Shown piece by piece: positions 49,299-57,959 of a DNA stretch of 64,000 bases; position 1 is the first letter of the stretch; the number at the start of each line of letters is the position of its first letter. The translations under genes were made by a program, and so were the position numbers. The notes below the pieces were generated by a model that saw only the letters and a list, made by a program, of their open reading frames with translations, searched no databases and was not told the DNA's origin. Source of the DNA: an uncultured Clostridia bacterium (GTDB lineage: Bacteria > Bacillota > Clostridia > Christensenellales > CAMQZB01); NCBI GenBank assembly GCA_964406735.1, contig CAYOSU010000002.1, positions 1,488 to 65,487 of the forward strand, read 5' to 3'.

Positions 49299-50297
49299 TT
49301 ATCCTCTCGGCAAGAAGCCTACCTTTCTATATACCTTGGAAATGGTCTTTCGAGCCATATAATGCGCTTTCTCAGCACCCTCTGCAAGCACCTTGTTAAG
49401 AGTGTCTTTATCCTTCAAAAGCTCGTCTTTTCTCGCTCTTACGGGGGAAATTGCCTCTATTACGACGTTTGCAACCTCGTCTTTGAGCTCGGCGTACGTC
49501 GAAGACGAGAAATCTCTTTCCGCATCGGCTATCGAGATGCCCTTTAAGCTTGCGTATATCGTCAAAAGGTTGGTTATTCCCTCTTTGCCCTCGCCTGCAA
49601 CTATCCTGTTATCGGAGTCCGTTACCGCACGGCGAAGCTTTCTTCTTATCGTATCGTTGTCGTCGGCAAGAGATATGAAGCCGTTTATATTCTCGTCCGA
49701 CTTACTCATCTTTGCCTTAGGATTCTGAAGGCTCATTATTCTTGCGCCGTTCTTGGGAATATATCCCTCGGGAACTACGAAGGTATCGCCGTATCTTGCG
49801 TTAAAGCGAAGCGCAATATCTCTCGTCAACTCCAAATGCTGTTTCTGATCGGCGCCGATCGGCACAAGTGCCGTCTGATAAAGCAAAATGTCCGCAGCCA
49901 TAAGCACGGGGTAATCCATAAGTCCCATGTTTATATTATCGGCATGACGAGCACATTTATCCTTGAACTGCGTCATTCTGTTGAGCTCGCCGATGTACGT
50001 TATCGTGTTCAACACCCAAGCAAGCTCGGTATGCTCGGGAACGTGAGACTGCACGAAAAGCACGGTCTTTTCGGGATCGAGACCGCACGCTAAATATAGC
50101 GCTAAAAGCTCGTACGCGTTCTTTCTGAGCGTTGCAGGGTCTTGCTTTACCGTTATCGAATGAAGATCTACGACGCTGTATATGCACTCGTATTCATCCT
50201 GAAACTCGGGAAAGTTCTTCAATGCGCCTATATAGTTGCCGAGCGTTATATTGCCCGTCGGCTGTATGCCTGAAAATAACCTCTTCTTTTCTTCCAT
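49299..50297 (-). CDS. trpS: Tryptophan--tRNA ligase
   Basis: SGIQPTG...TLGNYIG, YPVLMAADILL, VPIGADQ and KMSKS motifs. Confidence 0.97.
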   Translation of the reverse strand: MEEKKRLFSGIQPTGNITLGNYIGALKNFPEFQDEYECIYSVVDLHSITVKQDPATLRKNAYELLALYLACGLDPEKTVLFVQSHVPEHTELAWVLNTITYIGELNRMTQFKDKCARHADNINMGLMDYPVLMAADILLYQTALVPIGADQKQHLELTRDIALRFNARYGDTFVVPEGYIPKNGARIMSLQNPKAKMSKSDENINGFISLADDNDTIRRKLRRAVTDSDNRIVAGEGKEGITNLLTIYASLKGISIADAERDFSSSTYAELKDEVANVVIEAISPVRARKDELLKDKDTLNKVLAEGAEKAHYMARKTISKVYRKVGFLPRG

Positions 50298-50303
50298 TTC
50301 CTT

Positions 50304-51785
50304 TTACTTCCTTATAAAGTCTTCGATAGCTTTTCGCATATCTTTTATCTCGTAAACGTCGCTGAAACGCGTTTCTTTGCCTTTTAAGTCCGATATTGCC
50401 GCAGGAATATCCATCGCAGACATTCTTTGAAGCAGTGCAGCATCCTTGAATGCGTCGCTCGACGGCTTTTTGCCTATTGCGCTTATTACGCTCGGCGAGA
50501 ATTTATACGGGCTTGCGGTCGAAAGTATCACCATAGGCGCATAGTCGTTCTCGTCAACAGAGTAGTTATCCGAAACGTAAACGCCGACGGCAGTGTGCGG
50601 ATCGAGCGGATATGCGTATTCGTCAAAGAACAAGCCTATCGTGCGTTTGGTGTCATCCTCCGTCGCCATGCCTGCGTATATTATCTCAGTCATTTCGCCA
50701 AGCATCTCTTGCGACACCTCGAATACGCCCGACGTTTTGAGCTCGGTCATTATCTTGTCGATATAGCTATCATCCCTGCCGCTCACCTCAAAAAGCAGTC
50801 TCTCGAGATTGCTCGAAATGAGTATGTCCATCGAGGGGGATATCGTTTTGTAAAAACGCCTATTCTTGTCGTATCTGCCACTCGTGAAAAAGTCGGTCAA
50901 CACGTTGTTGCTGTTGCTTGCGCAAAGAAGTCTTCCTACGGGAAGTCCCATCTTGTAGGCGTACCAGCCTGCCAATATATCCCCGAAATTACCCGTCGGC
51001 ACGGAGAAGTTGACTTTGTCGCCGAGAGTTATCTCGCCTGACGATGCTAAGTCGAGATAAGCCGAGAAATAGTACACTATCTGCGGCAAAAGCCTACCCA
51101 AGTTGATTGAGTTTGCCGACGACAAAACAACGTTATTTTTGGCGCATATAGCCTTGAAATCGGCATCTGCGAATATTTCCTTGACTCCGCTCTGGCAGTT
51201 GTCGAAATTGCCCTTTATCGCCGCAACGTAGACGTTATTTCCGCTTTGGGTGGACATCTGCATTTTTTGCATTGCCGAAACGCCCTCAGACGGATAAAAG
51301 ACTATTATCTTTATACCGTCGACGTCCTTGAAGCCCTCTAACGCTGCCTTTCCCGTATCGCCGCTCGTTGCAACGAGAATCAGTATGTCGCTATCCTCCC
51401 CTGCCTTTTTCTTTGCTACCGAGAGAAGCTGAGGGAAAAGCGTTAACGCCATATCCTTGAACGCAAGCGTCGGACCGTGGAACAGCTCGAGCAAGTACAC
51501 TCCGTCGTCCATTTTGACTACGGGCGCAGGATCGCCGTCGAAGCGAGAATACGCATTCCTGCACGCAGTTTCAAGCTCGTCCTTTGAAAAATCCGTCGCA
51601 AAAAGGGATAGTATCTCGACAGCTCTTTCCTCATACGACATATCGAGGAGCTTTTTAAGTCCTTCATCGCCTACCTGAGGGAAGCACTCGGGGACGAACA
51701 ATCCGCCGTCCTTTGCTATGCCCTTGACGAGTGCCTCTGAAAAGGACACTACGTTGTTTTTGTTTCTCGTACTTATATATTGCAT
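50304..51785 (-). CDS. thrC: Threonine synthase
   Basis: YISTR, ELFHGPTLAFKD, ATSGDTG, PTGNFG and DPHTAV motifs. Confidence 0.96.
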   Translation of the reverse strand: MQYISTRNKNNVVSFSEALVKGIAKDGGLFVPECFPQVGDEGLKKLLDMSYEERAVEILSLFATDFSKDELETACRNAYSRFDGDPAPVVKMDDGVYLLELFHGPTLAFKDMALTLFPQLLSVAKKKAGEDSDILILVATSGDTGKAALEGFKDVDGIKIIVFYPSEGVSAMQKMQMSTQSGNNVYVAAIKGNFDNCQSGVKEIFADADFKAICAKNNVVLSSANSINLGRLLPQIVYYFSAYLDLASSGEITLGDKVNFSVPTGNFGDILAGWYAYKMGLPVGRLLCASNSNNVLTDFFTSGRYDKNRRFYKTISPSMDILISSNLERLLFEVSGRDDSYIDKIMTELKTSGVFEVSQEMLGEMTEIIYAGMATEDDTKRTIGLFFDEYAYPLDPHTAVGVYVSDNYSVDENDYAPMVILSTASPYKFSPSVISAIGKKPSSDAFKDAALLQRMSAMDIPAAISDLKGKETRFSDVYEIKDMRKAIEDFIRK

Positions 51786-51890
51786 GATACCAAACGTTTT
51801 TGCTTTTATTTAGCCTGAATCTTAGCTAAAATTCCGAAAAAGCGGGTGAAATATTCCCCCGCTTTATTTCGTTTATGTTTTGCTTTCTTA

Positions 51891-52301
51891 TCAGATGATA
51901 TACTTTGCGATGAAATCAGGTATATCCTGAATGTCTGCGCTTATAGTGAACGTGAAGTCGCAGCCCGTGTCGTTCGAGATGTTACGGAAGGACTCGAACA
52001 TATCCTTCATGTCGACGAGCTGGCTTCTCGTAATCCTCTTCAAAGCGTCTACGAAAATGTGCTCGATGTCGTGATTTGCGGCGAGCATTCCGTTGATGAA
52101 CGCAACGAACTCTCCCTGATTTTTGATTCCTACGCTGGAGCAGTCAACATATCTTACCGCATGCTTTATTTCATGCGTGTATTGATTGTTCTCCGTTATA
52201 TAAACTATCTCGCCTTTCGCAGTATCAAGAGAGTTGTTCGTTCTTTCAATAAGCTGTTTCGTCTTGCCGGAACCCTTGGCGCCGTAAATTAAAGATATCA
52301 T
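51891..52301 (-). CDS. Small conserved P-loop protein of Clostridia, function unknown
   Basis: N-terminal GAKGSGKT Walker A-like motif; GGAGGT RBS. Confidence 0.7.
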   Translation of the reverse strand: MISLIYGAKGSGKTKQLIERTNNSLDTAKGEIVYITENNQYTHEIKHAVRYVDCSSVGIKNQGEFVAFINGMLAANHDIEHIFVDALKRITRSQLVDMKDMFESFRNISNDTGCDFTFTISADIQDIPDFIAKYII

Positions 52302-52397
52302 GTTAAAATTACCTCCATTGGATTTACTATATTATACATTGCTTTTTCCGAAAAAACAAGGGGGTTTTGCAAAAAAAAGCCAAATATGTAAAAATTA

Positions 52398-53792
52398 CTA
52401 TTTTCTGACTCCTGCTTCGAGCTTTTTGTGAAGCTTTCTGTCTATTCTTCTGACGAAAGTATCGAGCTCGTCGTCCGAAATGGACGTTACTCTGCCTGCC
52501 GCATACTCTTCGTCAACATAGCCTTTTAATTTTATCGTTATCTCGTCGGTCTTGCCTACCTTATCCTCGCCTTCGAGCTGATAATACTCGTTTATCCAGT
52601 ACGCAATGCCCGCTAAGCCAGACGTATTGGTTATCGCTATTCTCGGCTTTTTGTTGAGTATCTTCTCGGTGTCGAAGATGTTGTATATCTCGGGGTCTTT
52701 CATAAGACCGTCGGCGTGAATACCTGCTCTCGTCGAGTTGAAATCTCTGCCGACGAATGGCGTTCTCGGCGGGATCGTATATCCGACCTCTCTTTCAAAG
52801 TAGTCGGCTATCTCGGATATTACCGCAAAGTCCATGCCGCCGTTGTCGCCTTTTATCGAGGCGTATTCAATAGCCATTGCCTCAAGCGGACAGTTACCCG
52901 TCCTCTCACCTATGCCGAGAAGCGCACAGTTGACAGCAGAACAGCCGTACAGCCATGCCGTAGTTGCGTTTGAGACTACCTTGTAAAAATCGTTGTGTCC
53001 GTGCCATTCAAGCTGGCTTGACGGAACGTCGGCGTATTTTTTTAAGCCGTATATTATGCCCGGAACCGATCTTGGCATCGAAGCACCGTGGAATGGTACT
53101 CCAAAGCCCATCGTATCGCACGCTCTTATCTTGATAGGAACACCCGACTCCTTTGAAAGATTCATAAGCTCGGACGCAAAGGGTACTACGAAGCCGTAAA
53201 AATCGGCACGTGTGATGTCCTCAAAGTGGCAACGGGGTACTATGCCGTACGAGAGCGCCTCTTTTACTATGCCCAAATACTTATCGAGTGCCTGACCTCT
53301 CGTAAGTCCCATCTTATTGAAGATGTGATAGTCCGAGCAGCTGACCAAGATTCCCGTTTCTTTTATTCCGATACTCTTAACAAGCTCGAAGTCTTTTGGG
53401 TTTGCCCTTATCCAAGAGGTTACCTCAGGGAATTTTAAGCCTAATTCAAGGCATCTTTCGACCGCTTCTCTGTCCTTTTCGCTATACAAGAAGAACTCGC
53501 TCTGGCGGACTATGCCGTTTTCTCCGCCAAGCTTTGACAACAGCTTGAATATCTCGACTATCTGATCTGCCGTAAACGGCGAAGTTGACTGCTGACCGTC
53601 TCTGAACGTGGTGTCTGTTATCCACAGCTCATCGGGAGTATCCATCGGCACTAACCTATGGTTAAAGCTGATCTTCGGGACGGTCTCGTAGTCGTAAAGC
53701 TCACGAATGAGGTTTGGCGACTCGACGTCCTGCAAAGCGTAATGGTAATTCTCCTCTTCGAGAAGGTTTGTCTTTTTATTTAACTTTATCAT
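52398..53792 (-). CDS. DRE-TIM metallolyase, Re-citrate synthase-like (2-isopropylmalate/homocitrate synthase family)
   Basis: ITDTTFRDGQQ, WHGHND, GIGERTGN and AGIHADG motifs; no LeuA regulatory domain. Confidence 0.8.
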   Translation of the reverse strand: MIKLNKKTNLLEEENYHYALQDVESPNLIRELYDYETVPKISFNHRLVPMDTPDELWITDTTFRDGQQSTSPFTADQIVEIFKLLSKLGGENGIVRQSEFFLYSEKDREAVERCLELGLKFPEVTSWIRANPKDFELVKSIGIKETGILVSCSDYHIFNKMGLTRGQALDKYLGIVKEALSYGIVPRCHFEDITRADFYGFVVPFASELMNLSKESGVPIKIRACDTMGFGVPFHGASMPRSVPGIIYGLKKYADVPSSQLEWHGHNDFYKVVSNATTAWLYGCSAVNCALLGIGERTGNCPLEAMAIEYASIKGDNGGMDFAVISEIADYFEREVGYTIPPRTPFVGRDFNSTRAGIHADGLMKDPEIYNIFDTEKILNKKPRIAITNTSGLAGIAYWINEYYQLEGEDKVGKTDEITIKLKGYVDEEYAAGRVTSISDDELDTFVRRIDRKLHKKLEAGVRK

Positions 53793-54961
53793 AGCTCGTT
53801 TACCATCTGCTCGATCCTGTCAAGCCCCTTTTCGATGTCCTCGTCGGAAACGGCAAAGGAAAGCCTTATATAATCGTCGTTACCAAAGGGCGCACCCGGG
53901 ATCGCAGCTACCTTATATTCCAAAAGCTCGTGGCAGAAATCGTATGAGCTTTTTATTCTGTTGTTATACAGTTTTCCGACATTTACGAACATATAAAACG
54001 CTCCGTCGGGCTTTATCGGCGTTACGCCTTTCATTTTTGAAAGCCTTGAAAGCATATAATCACGGCGGCGCTCATACACCTTGGCAAGTCTTTCTACGTC
54101 GTCGGTCTTGCCGAACGCTACGTACGATGCTTCTTGCGCAATGCTATTGACGTTGCTCGTCATATGAGACTGAACGCAGTCTATTACGTCCGCTATCTCC
54201 TTTTTTGCCGCAAGATAACCTACTCGCCAGCCAGTCATTGCGTACGACTTTGAAAGTCCGTTTATCACTATAGTCAGGTCCTTCATCTTGTCGCTGAGAG
54301 TTGCTATCGAAACGGGCTTTTCGACATAGCAAAGCTTTTCGTATATCTCGTCAGATATGCAGAAGACTTCGTTTTCTTCCAATACGTTCGCAATAGCCTG
54401 AAGCTCGGCTTTTGAATACACCGCACCCGTCGGGTTATTGGGCGAATTGAGGATAAGCGCCTTGGTGTTTGGCGTTATCGCATTTTGAAGCTCGCTTGCC
54501 GTCATCCTGAAGCCATTTTCGGCTTTCGTTTCTACAAATACCGACTTGCCGCCGCACATCTTAACAAGCTCTGGATACGTCAGCCAATAAGGAGACGGGA
54601 TTATCACCTCGTCGCCGTCGTTCAAAAGAGCGTACAGAGCGTTGAAAAGCGAGTGCTTTGCGCCGTTTGATACTATTATCTCCTTGTAATCATATGAAAG
54701 ACCGTTCTCAGTCAAGAGCTTTTCAGCAATGCGCTTTCTGAGCTTTTCGGTTCCCGACGAGGGGGTATATTTGGTAAATCCCCTATCGAGTGCGTCCTTT
54801 GCGGCGTTGCATATATATTCGGGAGTACGGCAATCGGGTTCACCTGCGGTGAAGCTGATCACGTCGATACCGTTTTCTCTCATCTTTTTAGCCTTGGCTG
54901 AAATTGCCAAGGTCTGCGATCTCGTTACTTGTTTTGCTTTTTCGGATATAAATCTTTCCAT
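53789..54961 (-). CDS. Class I/II PLP aminotransferase (aspartate aminotransferase-like)
   Basis: GEPD, NSPNNPTG, SDEIY and SKSYAMTGWRVG motifs. Confidence 0.93.
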   Translation of the reverse strand: MERFISEKAKQVTRSQTLAISAKAKKMRENGIDVISFTAGEPDCRTPEYICNAAKDALDRGFTKYTPSSGTEKLRKRIAEKLLTENGLSYDYKEIIVSNGAKHSLFNALYALLNDGDEVIIPSPYWLTYPELVKMCGGKSVFVETKAENGFRMTASELQNAITPNTKALILNSPNNPTGAVYSKAELQAIANVLEENEVFCISDEIYEKLCYVEKPVSIATLSDKMKDLTIVINGLSKSYAMTGWRVGYLAAKKEIADVIDCVQSHMTSNVNSIAQEASYVAFGKTDDVERLAKVYERRRDYMLSRLSKMKGVTPIKPDGAFYMFVNVGKLYNNRIKSSYDFCHELLEYKVAAIPGAPFGNDDYIRLSFAVSDEDIEKGLDRIEQMVNEL

Positions 54962-55112
54962 ACGATTATTTTCTTCTTCGTTAAAAATGGTTTCGTATAT
55001 CTTAGCACTTTATCACGCTAAAACGCAAGCGTTTTCTTGTCCGTTGCAATAAAAAACCTGAAATGGCGTAAAATCAGCATATATTTATTCACTTTTATGC
55101 ATATTTTTGCAC

Positions 55113-55152
55113 AAAAAGACAAGCGGCAGAAGGAATTTCTGCCGCCCGTCTT
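55113..55152 (-). terminator. Terminator downstream of the DUF2828 gene (copy 1 of a 33-bp direct repeat)
   Basis: AAAAAGACAA-GCGGCAGAA-ggaat-TTCTGCCGC. Confidence 0.8.
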
Positions 55153-55179
55153 AAAGCGATGTATTTATGGAAATAAAAT

Positions 55180-56658
55180 TTATACCGAAACTTTATCGTA
55201 ACGAGGCACGTACAACGTATCGACCATGAATCTATAAGGATCAACGATGCCTTCGGTCATCATCGAAAAAAGTCTTGGAGTACAACCTGAAACGAGAGCA
55301 ACGCCCAAATCGTTTTCCTTTACGGGCTGTTGAACATTTCTGCTTGATACCTTCCAGAACACCAATTCAGGTAGCTTATATCCGTTCTCTTCAAACAGTT
55401 TTTTCGCATACTCAAAGTTGGTCTCATTCGCATTTTCAACGCAACAATCAAACTCCATGTCGGAAACGATATAGATTCGCTTTGGCATATCGCTTTGATC
55501 AAGGTCATGTTTTAAGGCAGTATCAAGTATCAACTTAAACACTTTGCTTATATCGGTATTTGCAGCCTCGTTGAAGCTCATGCAGTACATTACTTTTTCA
55601 TATATATCTTTTCCGTTTATCTCTATAAGCCTGGGATCTTCGGAAAACGTTATGAAGCTATTATGAAACGCGCCGTTATTACGTTCTGCAAAGTACATAC
55701 CCAATGAGATCGCAACCTGAATAGGAGCTAACGATCCGTCGTCGCAGCAGCTATTCCAATACATTGATCCGGAACCGTCTACGACTACCAGTGAATTATC
55801 GTCGGAAACATCGTTTTCCAATGCATTCCACGTTGCGTCAACAGCACTTCTTTCAGATTCGTCAAGAGAGTCTTTAAAACAAGGTCTGATTATTTCATAA
55901 GGAAGTAGCGTACCCGTATGCATTGTCTTTTTACCGCTTTTAACATCGTTAAGAAAGCTCGTATAACGCTCGTTGTCGTTGCGAATAAATGCTTTTCGAT
56001 ACTTGAACATTGCCTGAGAAGGCTGTTTTGAATAATCAAACGTATAGTCTTTTTCTCTTAAATTATTTTCTATTATATTTATCTTTTTTCTTAGCAAAAC
56101 AAGTATTTTGCGATATTTCGACTCAGTAATACCTAGCTTTTTAGCAATATATCTTCCCGTTCTCTTTGTTTCGCTATTGGAAGCGTTTACGGAAGGAAGC
56201 CATTTCCCAAGCAATGACACCTCATTCTCTTTTCCACAATCAACGGCTTCTAAGTCTTTTTGCAATTGCTTTTTAATAAAAGCTAAAGCATCTTCCTCGC
56301 AGGAACTGCCTATAAGGCTCAAAAGGTCGTCAAAACGCCCGTACTCGGGTATTAATTCTATATTCTTTTTCAATATGGCGGGTTCGTTATCAGCAAGCCA
56401 TTTCAAGATTGCTCTCGACGTTTTTCTCTCTCCCAACCCTCCGCGTACATCTCTGGCGAAAAAGAGAATTCGCATCGCCATTTCTCTATTCTCCGCAAAA
56501 GCACGCATAAATCTACACTCTATCTCTTCATCGGAAGCCCCTCTTAACGCACCGATCGTTGAAAAAAGATCAAGGCAGTTGGAGTTCGTAGAAAGAAGCG
56601 TTTTTGCTCCGTTTTCTGTATATGTAAAATTCGATTCTTCTTTCAAATATTCTTTCAT
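55180..56658 (-). CDS. DUF2828 family protein (TROVE/Ro60-like helical region plus C-terminal vWA domain)
   Basis: TENGA, FFARDVRGGLGER, PEYGRFDDL, KWLPS, MIDAS-like VVVDGSGSM, SDMEFD and PELVFW motifs; AAGGAG RBS before ATG 56658. Confidence 0.85.
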   Translation of the reverse strand: MKEYLKEESNFTYTENGAKTLLSTNSNCLDLFSTIGALRGASDEEIECRFMRAFAENREMAMRILFFARDVRGGLGERKTSRAILKWLADNEPAILKKNIELIPEYGRFDDLLSLIGSSCEEDALAFIKKQLQKDLEAVDCGKENEVSLLGKWLPSVNASNSETKRTGRYIAKKLGITESKYRKILVLLRKKINIIENNLREKDYTFDYSKQPSQAMFKYRKAFIRNDNERYTSFLNDVKSGKKTMHTGTLLPYEIIRPCFKDSLDESERSAVDATWNALENDVSDDNSLVVVDGSGSMYWNSCCDDGSLAPIQVAISLGMYFAERNNGAFHNSFITFSEDPRLIEINGKDIYEKVMYCMSFNEAANTDISKVFKLILDTALKHDLDQSDMPKRIYIVSDMEFDCCVENANETNFEYAKKLFEENGYKLPELVFWKVSSRNVQQPVKENDLGVALVSGCTPRLFSMMTEGIVDPYRFMVDTLYVPRYDKVSV

Positions 56659-56698
56659 AATATTCTCCTTAAAATCAAAGTAAATAAAGCGGTTTAAC

Positions 56699-56996
56699 AA
56701 GACGCATTTTTCAAATTAACGACCAACTACACTAAAAAGCGCGGCGATCGCTATAGATAACGTTGAAATTGCTGTTAGCGTCTTCAAGGCACATTCAATA
56801 AGTTCCAAACCTAAGTATGATTGCTGGGAGTGCCTTTTTGTTGAAGTTCGAAAGTATTTCTACCGATAGCAAATCGCTTACACAATATGCGCTCATCGTT
56901 AAATCGGGTACGAGCCGATCATAGAATAATCACACTATTAATCTTCAGAAAAAATTGCTGTTTGCGCATTACGATATTGCTATCGCGATCTTCAAC
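56699..56996 (-). ncRNA. Candidate structured RNA array: three stem-closed units, each with NNN-CAGCAAU after the 5' stem arm
   Basis: Unit 1 AUGCGC-AAA-CAGCAAU...GCGCAU (56969-56887) nested in a longer rod (56996-56840); unit 2 AAGGCAC-UCC-CAGCAAU...GUGCCUU (56836-56786); unit 3 AAGACGC-UAA-CAGCAAU...GCGUCUU (56784-56699). Confidence 0.65.
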
Positions 56997-57006
56997 TTAC
57001 GCTCAT

Positions 57007-57035
57007 ATTATATATAACCAAAAAGCTGTTTACAC
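57007..57035 (-). promoter_or_regulatory. Putative promoter for the RNA array and DUF2828 gene (perfect -10, poor -35)
   Basis: TATAAT at 57012-57007; the hexamer 17 bp upstream is GTGTAA; the predicted start is a few nt before the 5' arm of the RNA rod. Confidence 0.55.
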
Positions 57036-57037
57036 GG

Positions 57038-57076
57038 AAAAAAAGCTGCGAACTCAACTTAGTTCACAGCTTTTTT
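57038..57076 (-). terminator. Intrinsic terminator of the WYL operon, overlapping the stop codon
   Basis: Minus strand AGCUGUGAACU-aaguug-AGUUCGCAGCU followed by a U-tract. Confidence 0.8.
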
Positions 57077-57959
57077 GTTTTTTCAATCGCTCTTTTATAA
57101 GCTCTATGAAGCCTTGCGGTTCAATAACTTTCAGATATTGTCCGAACGACAGCACTCGGATGACTATCTCGCTCTCGTCGATTGCATAGTATTTTAATTT
57201 CAGAAGATACTCTTTTTCATTTAACCTCTCGACTTTCTTTTCAAAATGAGCAAAATGAAGCATTGCACGTTCGAGCGCATTTCGCTCGTCGTTTATTATC
57301 ACGGAAAGCTCTATCTCATCTGCTTTGGGGGTTTGTTCGCAAGAAAGCTCACTGTCGTAATATTCACAGGATACTATCCTTGCAAGGTTTATAAATCTAT
57401 ATCGGCATTTATCGCCTACTATCCTTATTTTGTCGTCCTTTACAGAATATTCCATACCGACAGGTAAAAGCACTATATTAACTATCCCGTTCCGTCTGTT
57501 CCTCAAAGTTACTTTTATTGCACGTTTTAATTTTATTGCTCCAAGGATCGTTCTGAAATTATTTATATAGTTTTCATCCTGATAAGGATCTCCGTCGGAG
57601 TATTTATCGTATATCGTAAAATCGTCTTTAGTAAAAAGCGGCTCAACGTCGTCAATGACGGGCATTTCTACACCAAAAAGCTTTATTCTCGGGTCGTTTG
57701 ATATAGACTTTAACCAACGTTTTTCTATCGTTGTTTGCGGCATTGTCGGAATATTCGCAAGTTTTGGATGCAAATTGTCATCAAGAAGATTCCATTCGCC
57801 ATTTTTTAACGACGGCATTATTGTAAGTCCGCTCTCCGAAAACGCCTCGTCGTCGATTATTTTTTGCAAGCTCTTTTCGTCTACGTCGCTTTCAAAGGCT
57901 TTGGATATTATCTTCCCGACGGTTTTATAGTAGACGGAATACAGTTCACTAAACAACAT
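57054..57959 (-). CDS. WYL domain-containing transcriptional regulator (second of pair)
   Basis: PVGMEYSVKDDKIRIV...FINLARI WYL-like core and WCX-like tail (LSFGQYLKVIEP...IKERL); GGAGGT RBS before ATG 57959, overlapping the upstream gene. Confidence 0.8.
   Translation of the reverse strand: MLFSELYSVYYKTVGKIISKAFESDVDEKSLQKIIDDEAFSESGLTIMPSLKNGEWNLLDDNLHPKLANIPTMPQTTIEKRWLKSISNDPRIKLFGVEMPVIDDVEPLFTKDDFTIYDKYSDGDPYQDENYINNFRTILGAIKLKRAIKVTLRNRRNGIVNIVLLPVGMEYSVKDDKIRIVGDKCRYRFINLARIVSCEYYDSELSCEQTPKADEIELSVIINDERNALERAMLHFAHFEKKVERLNEKEYLLKLKYYAIDESEIVIRVLSFGQYLKVIEPQGFIELIKERLKKQKSCELS

Noticed and set aside
56699-56996. CRISPR array or tRNA cluster next to the WYL genes
   Set aside because: Only a 7-nt motif recurs, unit lengths differ widely, there are no cas genes, and there is no complete cloverleaf or CCA end.
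56887-57189. 100-aa plus-strand ORF across the RNA array
   Set aside because: No RBS; antisense to the WYL gene end; the region is better explained by minus-strand RNA structure, promoter and terminator.
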